This document shows, one piece after another, positions 1 to 11,322 of a DNA stretch of 64,000 bases. Origin of the DNA: an uncultured Nitrososphaeraceae archaeon (GTDB lineage: Archaea; Thermoproteota; Nitrososphaeria; Nitrososphaerales; Nitrososphaeraceae); contig CAVSMN010000009.1 of assembly GCA_963729045.1 (NCBI GenBank), forward strand, positions 1 to 64,000, read 5' to 3'. Position numbers and translations under genes: made by a program. The notes below the pieces were generated by a model, which worked only from the letters and a program-made list of their open reading frames with translations, had not been told where the DNA came from and searched no databases. Every line of letters starts with the position of its first letter. Position 1 is the first letter of the stretch.

Positions 1-575
1 GAATATTATATTAACAGATGATTTTGGCAAAAACAATAAAATTCGAATAAGAGCATTTTTTTCTGAAGGTTTGATTACACAATTAGAAAAGCCAAGTGTA
101 AACAAACAAGTAAAATTCAAACTTGATGATTGGAATCAAAACATGATTCTTGGCTTTCAGGATTCGAGTGCTTTGAATTTTGTGCAACATAAAAAATATC
201 CTGGTAGGAGGACAAATCAAGTCTTATGATTCTGTAGAGGATGCTTTAGAAGATGCTACCTATTGGGAGAATGTCCCACTTAACGATGAAATAATGTTAC
301 GATTTGAAAATAAAGGGTTAAACTTTATCATAATGGAAGTGACCTTTCAAAACGGAGTTTCTGGAGTTTACCATGCAATTTTTAACCTCGATGCTTATGG
401 AAGTGAATCAGGTGCTGATGATCTTTTAGATTATAGGATGGATAAAGAGGATGCTAATTACAATATTGTTGATGATTCAAAACCAGAAATTGAAGTTAAC
501 AGTCCATTTTGGCAAATAAGTCAAATAATTGTTTGCGAAGATCTGAAATATAATGGATTTAGAGTATGTGGTTGA
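1..575 (+). CDS. 5'-truncated hypothetical protein, paralog of the C-terminal domain of the gene at 687-2121; apparent frameshift near 183
   Basis: Frame from base 2 reads NIILTDDFGKNNKIR... (cf. NLVLTDNTDNNARL), then the 180-575 frame reads GQIKSYDS..YWENVPLNDE..QIIVCEDLKYNGFRVC, matching GQIKTYDS..YWKDIPLNDE..LICSHLSLYGFKIC. Confidence 0.6.
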
Positions 576-686
576 TGTTACCACATCGTGTCAAATTCTT
601 TTGTATTAGCAAATAGTTAGTCCCTGAGTTAATCATCATTGTCGTGCATCGTCATCATTATCATCGTATATATATTTTCATTTTCA

Positions 687-2121
687 TCATTTGTTGTTAT
701 CCTCATTATCTTCATCATTTTCATTATTACTATCAATTATAGAAATAGTATCCAGGTCTTCGGTACCAGAAGGATTTTGACCCCCTTCCTCGCAAATTTT
801 GAATCCATATAATGACAAATGAGAGCATATCAATGAAGATGATTTCTGATAAAATACAGGAGTATTTAGGATATCTTCTACATTTAATGAATCAATGACA
901 TTGTAGTTTGCTCCATTATCTTGTTCTCGTTCAAGTTCAGAATCAGAACCTGATTTAGTTCTCTGATCTGATTCAACGTCTACAACAGAAGAATATATCC
1001 CGCGGGTGCCATTTGAAAATTGAACAGATGCGACCAAGTAATGCAATCCTGCATTATCAAGCCGAAGTACCACTTCATCGTTAAGAGGAATATCTTTCCA
1101 ATATTGAGAGCCTTCTAATATATCTGATAAAGAATCATATGTCTTTATTTGACCCATAATCAAATCATTTATTTTTACAATTCCAATATTTGGTCTTTCA
1201 ACAAAGTGAAAGGTTAACACAGGATTGTAACCAAAAACACTTCCTTCTGGAACACCCGATGCATTTGTCTCTGTTGTAATTCCACTATTATCAGTAACAA
1301 ATCTTAGCGGAAGACGAGCATTATTGTCAGTATTGTCAGTTAATACCAGGTTCTCAGGAAGCAAATTTCCAATCGTAGTTGTAGCGGTAGTAGAAGAGGT
1401 CTGGGCTAGTAAAGTTTGAAATATCTCCAGAGGTCGATATCTGAGTTTGATTGGTAGTAGTTAATGCAGAAGATACAGGATTCAAGTTATTTTTTGGTTG
1501 ACTAATTATCTCGTAGGAACCTATCATTTTTTGAGCAACAGGCATATACTCTGAAAACCATTTGGGATCTGCAACATAGTTGATACGGTAAACAACTCCA
1601 TCATTGATGGTAAAAATCCTCATTACGTCAGAAATGCGATTTAAAATATCCATTTCCTTAGAAAAAATGATTTTGGCAGCTTTTCAAGCCAAAGTTCCAT
1701 CAGTTATATTGTTAATCTGAAATTCTGTGTTGATAGTAGAGAGCCTATTCAAATATTTATTTGTAAAATCGTTTAGATCAAGATTTGAGGATGAGATATT
1801 CTCTACTGCCAAAATAACATGGGCTGGATTATAGATATTTATCAAAGTAGATGATTTTTTTTCTCTTATCTCGGGTGCTGAAAAAGTGACAATAGAGTTT
1901 TGGTCAAGACTTTCTATATTCTTCCAATTATATGGATATTGCATTTTAATGCCATAATCGGTCCTTTCATAAGGAATAAAGTTTTCGTTTATACTTTCTG
2001 TTGGTTGGGCAGATACCAAACTAACGGTATGAGAACTAAAGAGCAAAGTAACAGAAATCAAAACAACAAAGAAAATGATTGATAAGAATGGTTTTGAGTT
2101 ACGCTGGTCTAAAATAAACAA
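687..2121 (-). pseudogene. Secreted PsbP-like domain protein fused to an unknown C-terminal domain; interrupted by an in-frame TGA (1684-1686) and a +1 frameshift near 1403
   Basis: Signal peptide, YGIKMQYPYNW and VYRINYVAD..MIGSYEI PsbP-like motifs. ORFs 1684-2121 and 1354-1653 are in the same frame across one stop; a T-rich linker joins to 687-1364 after a one-base shift. Confidence 0.6.
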
Positions 2122-2342
2122 CAGTTGGTTTAATCACCATTTGTTTTTAAGTCTTTTGTCATATGTGAACTAAAACAAAAAAATCTTGTATAGTTATTCA
2201 CACACATTACTTTATGAAGTTTCTTTATTAATGAATCATTTCTATTGAAACCGTAATATGCCTTCTACAATGAATGAGTTTTATTGTTAATTAATTCCAA
2301 AAAAAGGAGATTTCATATATTTGATTCCTAATACTTTGACTG

Positions 2343-2760
2343 TTGAATTTTCGCAGAAAAATTTCTATTAATAGCTTCTATTACGTAACCATAGGTATAT
2401 TTACAATTCTTCTCATATCAAACCCTGGATTTGCATCAGCATCTAGCAAAGGTCCATACGATTCTGGATATGACCATGGATGTGATGATGCCCGCATATC
2501 TGATTCCTCAGATAGATACATAAATCAACCAGAAAAGGGACCTTCTTACCACACTTCTGAATTTATGAACGGATACGATGCAGGTTTTGGTTCTTGTTCA
2601 ACAGCCTCCAAATTAGAATCTACATATCAATCTAGGTCTCCATCTCAAACAACATTCCAAGGCACCATGATTGAGGACTTGTGTAATCAATATTATGGTG
2701 CTTTACAATTGAATGGTCCTTGTAGGGATTATGTTGATGGAAATGAGTTACAAGGCCCTA
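2343..2760 (+). pseudogene. Secreted hypothetical protein (PYDSGYDHGCDDA motif), C-terminally truncated where it meets the antisense integrase stub
   Basis: Signal peptide and plausible protein up to ...GNELQGP; the ORF then reads antisense through the integrase stub and the tRNA. Confidence 0.55.
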
Positions 2761-2944
2761 TAAATTGTATACTTTTCTCTTCAGGAGTTGTACCTTCTAA
2801 ATCCAAGAAATCAAAAAACTTGTCAATTCTTCCAATATACTTTTGTCTAGTTACTGGAGATTTCATTGCATACAAGTACAGTGACCAACTTATCAAGTTC
2901 GTGCTATTTTTTATATTTTTATTATTATTTTTTTGTTCTACCAC
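2729..2944 (-). mobile_element. N-terminal remnant of a thaumarchaeal-type tyrosine integrase directly downstream of tRNA-Lys
   Basis: WSLYLYAMKSPVTRQKYIGRIDKFFDFLDLEG resembles the SAM-like N-terminal domain of Nitrososphaeraceae integrases (recognised from memory); starts 56 bp from the tRNA 3' end; no catalytic domain. Confidence 0.6.
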
Positions 2945-2999
2945 CTTTTCTATACACCTTTTTATTCGTAGAACCCATTTAAAAGAACCTATATCGTTG

Positions 3000-3091
3000 C
3001 GGGCCCGTGGGGATTCGAACCCCAGACAGCCGGATTTCTTTCTATTAGCAGTTAAAAGTCCGGTACCTCTACCTGGCTGAGCTACGGGCCC
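3000..3091 (-). tRNA. tRNA-Lys(UUU) with a 17-nt intron at canonical position 37/38 (intron 3036-3052)
   Basis: Minus strand GGGCCCGTAGCTCAGCCAGGTAGAGGTACCGGA CTTTTA [ACTGCTAATAGAAAGAA] ATCCGG CTGTC TGGGG TTCGAAT CCCCA CGGGCCC G; bulge-helix-bulge CTTT/AAAG with TAA and AAA bulges. Confidence 0.96.
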
Positions 3092-3331
3092 ATTACCTTT
3101 CTATATAAAACTAGTATAATTTAATTTTATAGATTAATGAGAGGTAGACCGACCTCCAGCCAAATTACTCCTATAAACCAACCGCGAAAAGAAGAAAAAC
3201 AGCCAGAAAAGGTACAATTATCTAAAAAAAAATAATCGATAAATATTTTTGAGAATTATACTATCCAATAAAAGCAGTAACAAGTATCCAAACTATGATA
3301 TAATTAATTTCGATTATACATTCTGATTATA

Positions 3332-3596
3332 ATGAGTAACATAACAAAAACCCACAAAGTTGGACTTTTTGCAATGTTTATTGCAGCAGCCTTAATTGGT
3401 TCAGTAGTAGCCTTTGGCGATAACATGGCATTATGCAACCAAAAAAATCAATGATGCAGAACAAGAAATCGAACAAGGACAAGAAAATAAACGAATAGGA
3501 CAATGTGTTACTGGAACAATATCATTGATTAACTGTAACAACGTAGGATTACAACTCCAAAATAACGACGGCAACTTGGCATTAGGCCAACAATAA
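3332..3596 (+). CDS. Small secreted Q/N/E-rich peptide, copy 1 (apparent +1 frameshift near 3431)
   Basis: Near-identical 5' half to 4058-4324; ggcattatgcaacc vs ggcatttgcaacc. Confidence 0.7.
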
Positions 3597-4057
3597 ACTC
3601 TTTTTTTGTTTAAATTTTAATATATTTTGTAATTTTACATATTTTATCCAAATAGCTTTCGAATATTCTGATCACTTTTGAAATAATTTCTTTGTATGTT
3701 TTGTAATAAAAATTCTGAAATAGTCTCAGTACTAACAAGTTCATATATAAAAATTTTCAAAAAAAACAAACAATAATTACAATAACTTAAAACAGATGAG
3801 AGAATACATCTCATATGAGCAGGCACAGATCATCCGATCAAAAACTAATTGTATAACATCTAGGATTATTTCAATCATAAATTTGGTGAGTAGTATATTG
3901 TTATCAGAGTATCTTTAATTTATGCAAGAATAAATAATAAAAATAAAAAGATACAAAATTCTAATAAATAAATACGCTACAATATTTCATATAAAAATGA
4001 TAGTAACAAGTATCCAAACTATGATATAATTAATTTCGATTATACATTCTGATTATA

Positions 4058-4324
4058 ATGAGTAACATAACAAAAACCCACAAAGTTGGACTTTTTGCAG
4101 TGATGTTTATTGCAGCAGCCTTAATTGGTTCAGTAGTAGCCTTTGGCGACAACATGGCATTTGCAACCAAAAAACACAATGACTCAGAACAAGAAATCGA
4201 ACAAGAACAAGAAAACGAACAGAATGGACAATGTGTATCTGGAGATTTCACATTAGCTGGATGTAACAACGTAGGTTTAATGTTCCAATTCCAAGACGGT
4301 AACATAGCCGCAGGACAACAATAA
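4058..4324 (+). CDS. Small secreted Q/N/E-rich peptide with two Cys, copy 2
   Basis: Signal peptide (..AFA), EQEIEQEQENEQNGQCVSG..GCNNVG..GNIAAGQQ, T-run terminator. Confidence 0.85.
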   Translation: MSNITKTHKVGLFAVMFIAAALIGSVVAFGDNMAFATKKHNDSEQEIEQEQENEQNGQCVSGDFTLAGCNNVGLMFQFQDGNIAAGQQ

Positions 4325-4385
4325 ACTCTTTTTTTTCTTTTTGTAATATTAAAATCGATATTTTATCTTATACTAATAGAAAAAA

Positions 4386-4862
4386 TTAATTATTAGTTTT
4401 TAGCCTGTCAAATAATAGTTCTCCAAGTAACCATTTTAGTGAAACAATATTATGATTTGCCATTTTATTATCTCGTGTTTGTAAAACAAAACTATCATGA
4501 TCCTTATTCTCAAGATCCTCAAATTCTTTGGATTTAGCATGGAATTTTTCTTCACGGTAAAATGCAGTTGATCCCGCACTATCAATAAACATAATAAAAG
4601 AGACATTAACGTTGTATTTTTCAATAATACAAATATTGTGTTTTTTATCGCCAAGCATATTTTTTTGCGAATTATTCTTGTACTCAAATTTCAAGATATT
4701 CATATAATATTCTAAGAGTGGGATCATTTTCCGTATAAAATTTTTAAAAACGCTTGATTCACTTGGACAAATACCATAGTCGTTGACAGACCACTTAAAA
4801 AAATATGAACCCATTCGTATAGCAGGTTTTAAAGAATAGTCATGATTAACCTCATTTGTCAA
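4386..4862 (-). CDS. Hypothetical protein, possibly degenerate
   Basis: 158-aa ORF with no recognisable motif. Confidence 0.3.
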   Translation of the reverse strand: MTNEVNHDYSLKPAIRMGSYFFKWSVNDYGICPSESSVFKNFIRKMIPLLEYYMNILKFEYKNNSQKNMLGDKKHNICIIEKYNVNVSFIMFIDSAGSTAFYREEKFHAKSKEFEDLENKDHDSFVLQTRDNKMANHNIVSLKWLLGELLFDRLKTNN

Positions 4863-4939
4863 CTACGAAAGCATCTCCGCAAATAGTCAAAATGAAATGA
4901 ATATTTGTATGGTTAATCACTATAAAGTGTGTTATATAG

Positions 4940-6659
4940 CTATCTTGTAATAATAGCTTCCGAAAACCATTTGGGAATCATTTCTTTCCCGTTTTTTAAT
5001 AAAAACGAAACACTGCTATCAAGAATATACGTATTAGCATAATCATCAGCATTTCTGACACTTCTCCCATATGCTTGTATAAGTCGAAGTATTGTATTCC
5101 ATTCATACCACTTTGGATTACGCTGTTTTAGTACTGATATTTTCTTGTCAGTTAAATCAGGATACGGAACTTTTACTATTACTTGGAATCTAGAAAGATC
5201 GTCCTTAAGGTCCACTCCTAAAAACATGGATGGAGATATAAGGACAGTGGGTTTTGTACTTTGAGTATGTTTTAATATCATTTCATTTCTATCAAACTTT
5301 GGATTGGTTTCAATGAGTCTTGATAAATTTTCCTTGGACAAGTTATTCTTGATAAACTGAACTTGTGAATACGACGTTGTATGAATTATGCCCTTGTCAT
5401 TCTTATGTACAGAAAGAAGATTATCAAGTACTTTGACTATATTTGGTAAAGACTCGCTCATGGTCCTTGCATTTAGCCAGGCTACATTCATCAGATATAT
5501 TGGTCTATTTTTGATTGGGAAATCTGAATTTTCAACTCGTATAAACTTTACATCTTCGTTCTTTAATCCCACCGCCTTACACAGATTTTCTTTACTTAAA
5601 ATAGTAGCGCTCATCAATAATGAAATAGACCCTTTATCAAAAATATCTGTAAAATAACTTGATACAACCAGCGGTTCTAATTTAATTCTTGAAGGTTTAT
5701 TGTCTATTTCATTTTTAGTAATGTTTGTAACTAACCAATTTTCTTTGTTAATACGTAAATCCTCTAAAAATGTAAACAAATTTTTTTCATAATTGATGGC
5801 ATCGATAAGATTTTTTTCGCTAACATGCATATCCTCGCTGTTGCCACCGGATCCCAAAATATTTGCGGATTTCTCAACATAACTAGTAAATTGCTCTTTT
5901 AATCCTGCACAAAAATCTATCCATGTTTCGACATCGGTCTGTTTATTATCAGGTAAATTTATTTTTGGAAAGAACCTGATTAAAGATTCTTTACTAAATA
6001 TGATATTTTTGAACGAAGATACTTCAGATTCTAACGTATGAGCTTCATCTAAGATCAAGAGCTTTCTTTTGTTTACACCGGACGAATAAAAGAGATCAGA
6101 TAGAAAATATTTGTAATTATAGATGGTATGGCTAGATTTTATAGAAATCCATTTTTGGTGATAATAATGACAAGGCTGCCACTCGATTTTAACAAGCTGG
6201 GAATGTTCTTTTGCTTTGTCATAATATTTTTTTAACGCGTATTTGTTTATATCTACGTTTTCATAAATGGTACCTTCAGATTTTACATCATAATCACTCA
6301 TTCTAGTCTTATAGAGACAATCAAAATCATCGTCCTTCAGGCAAGGTCCATATTCACAACTTTCTCTTATGCCCATATCCTCTTTAACGATGCATGGAAA
6401 ATTATTTCGACCCTTAACTTCAGAAAGATATGGAAAATCTCTATTATACTGGGTTTGAAGATCCTTTGTTGATGTGCAGATATGAGAACTCCCCAGAAAT
6501 CGTGCTAGCGTTACTGCTACCGCACTTTTTCCAAATCCCGTTGGTGCTTCTAAAAATATGAATTTGTAATCAGATTTGAGTGCTTGATCAAGTTCATCAA
6601 GGTACTTTATCCTGGTTAGGACGTACATAATCCAGAGGGAAAAAACTTCGAATAGACAT
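4940..6659 (-). CDS. XPD/Rad3/DinG-family SF2 DNA helicase (frameshift near 6601)
   Basis: EAPTGFGKS, DEAH, GVD, QAYGRSVR and Fe-S-type Cys. The Q-motif MSIRSFFPLDYVRPNQDKV is in another frame from ATG 6659 and joins LDELDQAL after removing one C. Confidence 0.9.
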
Positions 6660-6768
6660 AAGAGGGGATGATTATCTGTAGACAAATGGATTATTAAAGC
6701 GTAACCTAATAATCATGCAAAAAATGATTCAATTTGTTTGGGCAGAACAGACAAGTAATAGTTATAAT

Positions 6769-7746
6769 TCACTCCATAATTCCATGGCCCATAATCCGCA
6801 TACTCTTTGAATCCGGTTTAAATAAAATGCACAAATCGTTCTCTACAAATGCCAGTGGTTTTTCAAATGAAATCAATAAAATTGAATCGGGCATTACTTT
6901 TATTTTCACTGTCCGTATCTGAAGCCCTACACTCATCATATAATTCTGTGTTTCAGATATTTCTTCTTTAAAGTATGGATTCTTGATGAAATTTAGTTGA
7001 AAGTCAGCTGCTGCTATTTTAGCAAATCCTGGAGATGTAATAACATCTCCTCTCGATATATCCTTAGCAGATGCCCCCTTAATCGCCAGACCTACACGAG
7101 AATTTTTCTTTGAGGTATTAACTGGGTCATCATGCATTTGAATGGATTTGATCACCACAGTTTTGTTTGATGGACTTAGAACTAACTCATCATAAGTTTT
7201 AATCTCCCCCTGTTTCACGGTTCCCAGAACTACTGTACCTACTCCCTTAACGTCAAACACATGATCCACTACAATACAGGCTTTAGAGGGTTGGAGGCTC
7301 TCATCTCCTTTATCTTTTAGATCTGTTTCTGTTTCTGTTTCTGTTTTTGATTCCATTTCAGCTATACTGTTTTTCAGCTGTTCTAAACTATCCAGTATTT
7401 GAAATGATGATAAGCCAGTATTCTTTATGATATTTCTTATTTTTTCAACGTCGATCTCATAACCATATAAAATAAAACCATTTTTTATGCCAAAAATATC
7501 AACTGCTATTAGCTGTTCGCCAAGAAAAGAATCGAGTTTGGAGATATTGATGATAACGTAGTTAGACATTGCTATAGACTGTAGAAGAGGCTGTAGTTTT
7601 TCAGGATAAGTATTAGGGAAACAATAAGAAATGATTTTATCATTAGTTTTTCTATCATATATGGTAATATCACTTGAAGTCCCTTTTTTTCCCAACTCAT
7701 TCGCAATTGTTGTATCCCCTAGTAAAACAAAATTAAAACTATTCAA
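6769..7746 (-). CDS. Archaeal SelB-like / EF-Tu domain II protein with degenerate GTPase domain
   Basis: VDHVFDVKGVGTVVLG, IKSIQMHD, RVGLAIKG, ISRG. Confidence 0.85.
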   Translation of the reverse strand: MNSFNFVLLGDTTIANELGKKGTSSDITIYDRKTNDKIISYCFPNTYPEKLQPLLQSIAMSNYVIINISKLDSFLGEQLIAVDIFGIKNGFILYGYEIDVEKIRNIIKNTGLSSFQILDSLEQLKNSIAEMESKTETETETDLKDKGDESLQPSKACIVVDHVFDVKGVGTVVLGTVKQGEIKTYDELVLSPSNKTVVIKSIQMHDDPVNTSKKNSRVGLAIKGASAKDISRGDVITSPGFAKIAAADFQLNFIKNPYFKEEISETQNYMMSVGLQIRTVKIKVMPDSILLISFEKPLAFVENDLCILFKPDSKSMRIMGHGIME

Positions 7747-7892
7747 AACTTTTGATTAGTATAGTTTTTTTTAAATAAAATCGTTGCTTTTAGATCAAAT
7801 AATGATCAAATAACCCACAAATTGGAACATTATAATGCATTGCTTTTTATATAGTACATTCACATATAGAAATCCTGAGCTGAATATATTAA

Positions 7893-9260
7893 TTGGTTAG
7901 TTTTGAAGAACTTGGTATTGAAAAATCTATAGTTAAAGCATTGAAAGAAACTGGAATCGAACAACCATTTCCTATTCAAGAATCAATAATTCCACTTATT
8001 TTAAAAGGAGAAGATGTTATTGGTAGATCGAATACAGGAACTGGTAAAACAGCCGCATTCGTACTACCTATGTTGAGTAAGTTAAATCCGAAAAATTTTC
8101 TACAAGGACTAATTTTAGTTCCTACCAGAGAATTGGCTATACAAATTACAAGCACTATAAATGAACTTGTAAAATATAGCAACCTGAGGTCCGTTGCAAT
8201 CTATGGCGGGCAGAATTTCCAAATGCAGAGGAAAATACTCAATAAAGGTGTAAATATCGTAGTTGCAACCCCAGGAAGACTCTTGGATCACATGAATCAA
8301 AGAACTATTACGTTAAGCAAGATTAATTTCCTTGTCCTTGATGAAGCAGATAGAATGTTAGATATGGGTTTTATTGACGATATCAAAGAAATCCTATCTC
8401 ATATCGATAGTAAAAAGCAAATTTGCCTTTTCTCTGCAACGATGCCTGACTCTATTATGCAACTTGCCAAAGATCAAATGCATAATCCGAAACAAATTAG
8501 CATTGAAAAGACAATTTCACAGGCAAACATAAATCAATCATACTTGATGCTTTACGAAAAGGACAAATTTCAACAATTAGTTAGCACTTTGAAACCTATT
8601 TCAAACAATGACGAAAGTCATATTATTGTATTTACGGCAACAAAACAAAGGGCTAGAGATCTGACGTATAAATTGAGAAACGACGACTTTTTTGTAGATA
8701 GCATTCATGGAGATTTAAATCAGAGACAAAGGGAAAGTACCCTTTCAAGATTTAGAAATAAGAAATTCAACATTCTTATCGCTACAGACGTCGCATCAAG
8801 AGGATTAGATATTACTACTGTCAGTCATATTATCAACTACGACATACCTGATGATGTAGAGACATATTTCCATAGAATAGGGAGAACAGCAAGAGCAGGA
8901 GCAAATGGTACCGCACTTTCCTTTGTTTCACAACACGACATGTTTACCCTCAGAAAAATACAGAATATCGCAGCAAACTCGCTAAAGAATTTAAACACAG
9001 AATATGGAATAGAAGTAGATTTCAAATTCAATAGTGCTCCCAGGCCTAATCGCTTTAGATCGAATTATGGTAGAAGAGGATATAGTCAAAATAGGGTTCC
9101 AGGAGAACAAAGGTCAAGGAATAATTATGACAATAGTAATAGCAGGTATCCATCTAGGAATAATTATGACAATAGTAATAGCAGGTATCCATCTAGAAGA
9201 CTGAGCGGTATTACTAGACCCCTTGGTCGAAGGAATAATTATAACAGAGACTCAGACTAA
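7893..9260 (+). CDS. DEAD-box RNA helicase with R/N/G-rich tail
   Basis: Q motif, GTGKT, PTRELA, DEAD, SAT, HRIGRTAR. Confidence 0.97.
   Translation: MVSFEELGIEKSIVKALKETGIEQPFPIQESIIPLILKGEDVIGRSNTGTGKTAAFVLPMLSKLNPKNFLQGLILVPTRELAIQITSTINELVKYSNLRSVAIYGGQNFQMQRKILNKGVNIVVATPGRLLDHMNQRTITLSKINFLVLDEADRMLDMGFIDDIKEILSHIDSKKQICLFSATMPDSIMQLAKDQMHNPKQISIEKTISQANINQSYLMLYEKDKFQQLVSTLKPISNNDESHIIVFTATKQRARDLTYKLRNDDFFVDSIHGDLNQRQRESTLSRFRNKKFNILIATDVASRGLDITTVSHIINYDIPDDVETYFHRIGRTARAGANGTALSFVSQHDMFTLRKIQNIAANSLKNLNTEYGIEVDFKFNSAPRPNRFRSNYGRRGYSQNRVPGEQRSRNNYDNSNSRYPSRNNYDNSNSRYPSRRLSGITRPLGRRNNYNRDSD
9117..9196 (+). repeat. 39-bp tandem duplication in the helicase tail (RNNYDNSNSRYPS x2)
   Basis: Exact repeat of aggaataattatgacaatagtaatagcaggtatccatct. 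Confidence 0.95.
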
Positions 9261-9564
9261 GAGAGAAAAAAAGAGACAGGCGTACGTGCGCAGTGTGTAA
9301 CACTTTGTGTTTGCGTTTGAATCAACTTTCATAAATTTTTTAATATTCTATTTATTATCAAATCATCATATAGTCACTGAATTTTCTCACATACTGTGAA
9401 ATTTTGATAGTCAAGTAAGCCACAAAAGAATTATCGATAAATTAGACGGGACGGGATCTTTACATTTAGAATATAAAAATATGGAATGAAAAAATTCAGT
9501 CTTGAAACTACTGTTTGAAAACCAGTAATTCAATTAAAAAAAAGACGGAAAGATTGATCTAATC

Positions 9565-10285
9565 TTACTCGTGATGGTCGCCGCTTAAATGAGCGATTTC
9601 ATTAACCCCTATGACTATAGTGGATGTTGCTGGAAAGTCGATATCTATCTGTAGAATTATTTTGAATTGCTATATCTGTAATAGGAGTTGTTTCATCTGA
9701 TGCAACATCTACATGATAAAGACAGAGTTCTCCAGGAGTAGACAATGGACCTACAAATTCTAATTCAGCTGGCTGTAAATTAGGAGCTTGACCAATTAGG
9801 ACATTCACATCGGTAGAATTAGCATCGTTACACGGTAGTTTTGCTGCAATGTGACCATTCATAATTTGATATGGTGTAGAGTCATACAGATGGATAAAAT
9901 CGCCTTCTGGTAAGCTTTCACCTTCTAATAATATAGTTTGAGAATCCCTAGTGACAGCGTTTTCATGAGAGGTCTCATTTCCGTTGAAATATGCCTCTAC
10001 TTCATCTCTAGGTGTTGCACTACTGGCATTATCATCACCAGGTGTTGCACTAGTGGCATTATCAGTAACCAATCCATCGGTTGTTGTTGGTAATAATTCT
10101 TCTTCAACTGGCACACTATCGGTTTCATTAGTGAAATTCTGCTCTGCTGCATCTGTTGCATTCAAAGCCTCAGACAAGGTTACATTTTGTTGTGCGTAAA
10201 CATTTCCATTAACAGAAAATATTGCTGATGCGAGTACAAAAACTACAAAAATAGTTACTTTTGTACTAGTTGATTTGTTAGTCAT
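9565..10285 (-). CDS. Conserved thaumarchaeal secreted protein (frameshift near 9647; restored C-terminus DIDFPATSTIVIGVNEIAHLSGDHHE)
   Basis: Signal peptide, AVTRDSQTILLEG..FIHLYDSTPY..GHIAAKLPC..CLYHVD. Confidence 0.75.
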
Positions 10286-10338
10286 TATTTTATATTAAAA
10301 ATACTTGTATTTATGTCATTTTTAGTACAATCATCGAA

Positions 10339-11055
10339 TTATTCATTCACCTTTTTTACATCTTTGTGTCTCCTTGATTTCACAATAAAGGATATTCCAA
10401 TCAAAGCAGCAAGTAGTATGTAAATATAATAATAATTCACCACAAAGGTTTGTAAAAGATCATAGATTCTTTCTGCAATTGGAACTTGAACATCAACTTC
10501 GAATTCAGAGTTCAAAATATTTAGGGTATAGAAAATGTCCTTAATATCCACAAATAGAACATACTTTCCGGGCTCACTAAAGGTATAATTAAAATCGTAA
10601 TGGCCTTGTCTAACCAGTGTAAAATTATTTGGATTTGAAAATACAGGCTTTCCGTCTTTAAAAATAGAAAATGAAACTGGAAGTTCGATTAATTCATCTC
10701 CTGCGTTAGAAGTAAGACGGAAAAGAAAGGAGGTATCTTTGCCAATCATGGGTTTAGATGGATTTACTAAAAGCTCTACCACGTAATTTCCTATTGTTTG
10801 AGTTTGAGTGCCATTAAAACTAGCATCATTACCTCCAAAAAAAGAATGTGCAAAAGCTAGTTGTTCAGTGTCAAGTGGGGAGAAATAAATTACCATAAAC
10901 AAAGAAAAGAAAGAGACAAAGAACAATAACCAAATATTTGACGTTTGAAAACGTCCAAAGATTCTGACTAGAGAAGGATGATAATTTACAAGAAATGTTA
11001 AACCTAGAAAAACGATATACTTAAAAAAAAACAAAACCTTGCCAGATGAAAACAT
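10339..11055 (-). CDS. Membrane-anchored secreted Ig-like (YtkA-like) protein; start uncertain
   Basis: AFAH signal cleavage motif, YTFSEPGKYVLFVD, C-terminal TM followed by basic tail. Confidence 0.65.
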   Translation of the reverse strand: MFSSGKVLFFFKYIVFLGLTFLVNYHPSLVRIFGRFQTSNIWLLFFVSFFSLFMVIYFSPLDTEQLAFAHSFFGGNDASFNGTQTQTIGNYVVELLVNPSKPMIGKDTSFLFRLTSNAGDELIELPVSFSIFKDGKPVFSNPNNFTLVRQGHYDFNYTFSEPGKYVLFVDIKDIFYTLNILNSEFEVDVQVPIAERIYDLLQTFVVNYYYIYILLAALIGISFIVKSRRHKDVKKVNE

Positions 11056-11322
11056 ATCAATAATTGGTCAAAGTTTAATATAAATTCAATAAACTGACCA
11101 TAAAAATACTTTATGGGCATGAATAAGTTCTGCATTTCTTAACAAAATAATATGATATATTACTCAGACAAACTTGAAAAACTAGGAAAATATATCATCA
11201 ATCAAAACCCCATGATTTTCTATAAAATGAATGAATCCTCAATCGACTGACGAGCATGGCTTGATATGCCAAAGAAATCAGACTATTTTAAGAATTCAAG
11301 AATTTAATAAGTCTGATTCCAT

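Larger units (their letters stand above)
3276..4330 (+). repeat. Direct duplication of promoter plus small gene (3276-3602 and 4002-4330)
   Basis: 56 bp upstream of the ATG identical in both copies; both end caacaataaactc followed by a T-run. Confidence 0.9.

Noticed and set aside
1684..1686. In-frame TGA as selenocysteine recoding, given the SelB-like gene nearby
   Set aside because: The context fits Gly (TLAG), not Cys; no SECIS seen; the SelB-like protein lacks intact GTPase motifs. A point mutation or error is simpler
2761..3080. C-terminal half of the 245-aa ORF as a membrane protein
   Set aside because: It reads antisense through the integrase stub and tRNA-Lys
3644..3826. 60-aa ORF between the duplicated peptides
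   Set aside because: AT-rich spacer with no motif or coding-like composition
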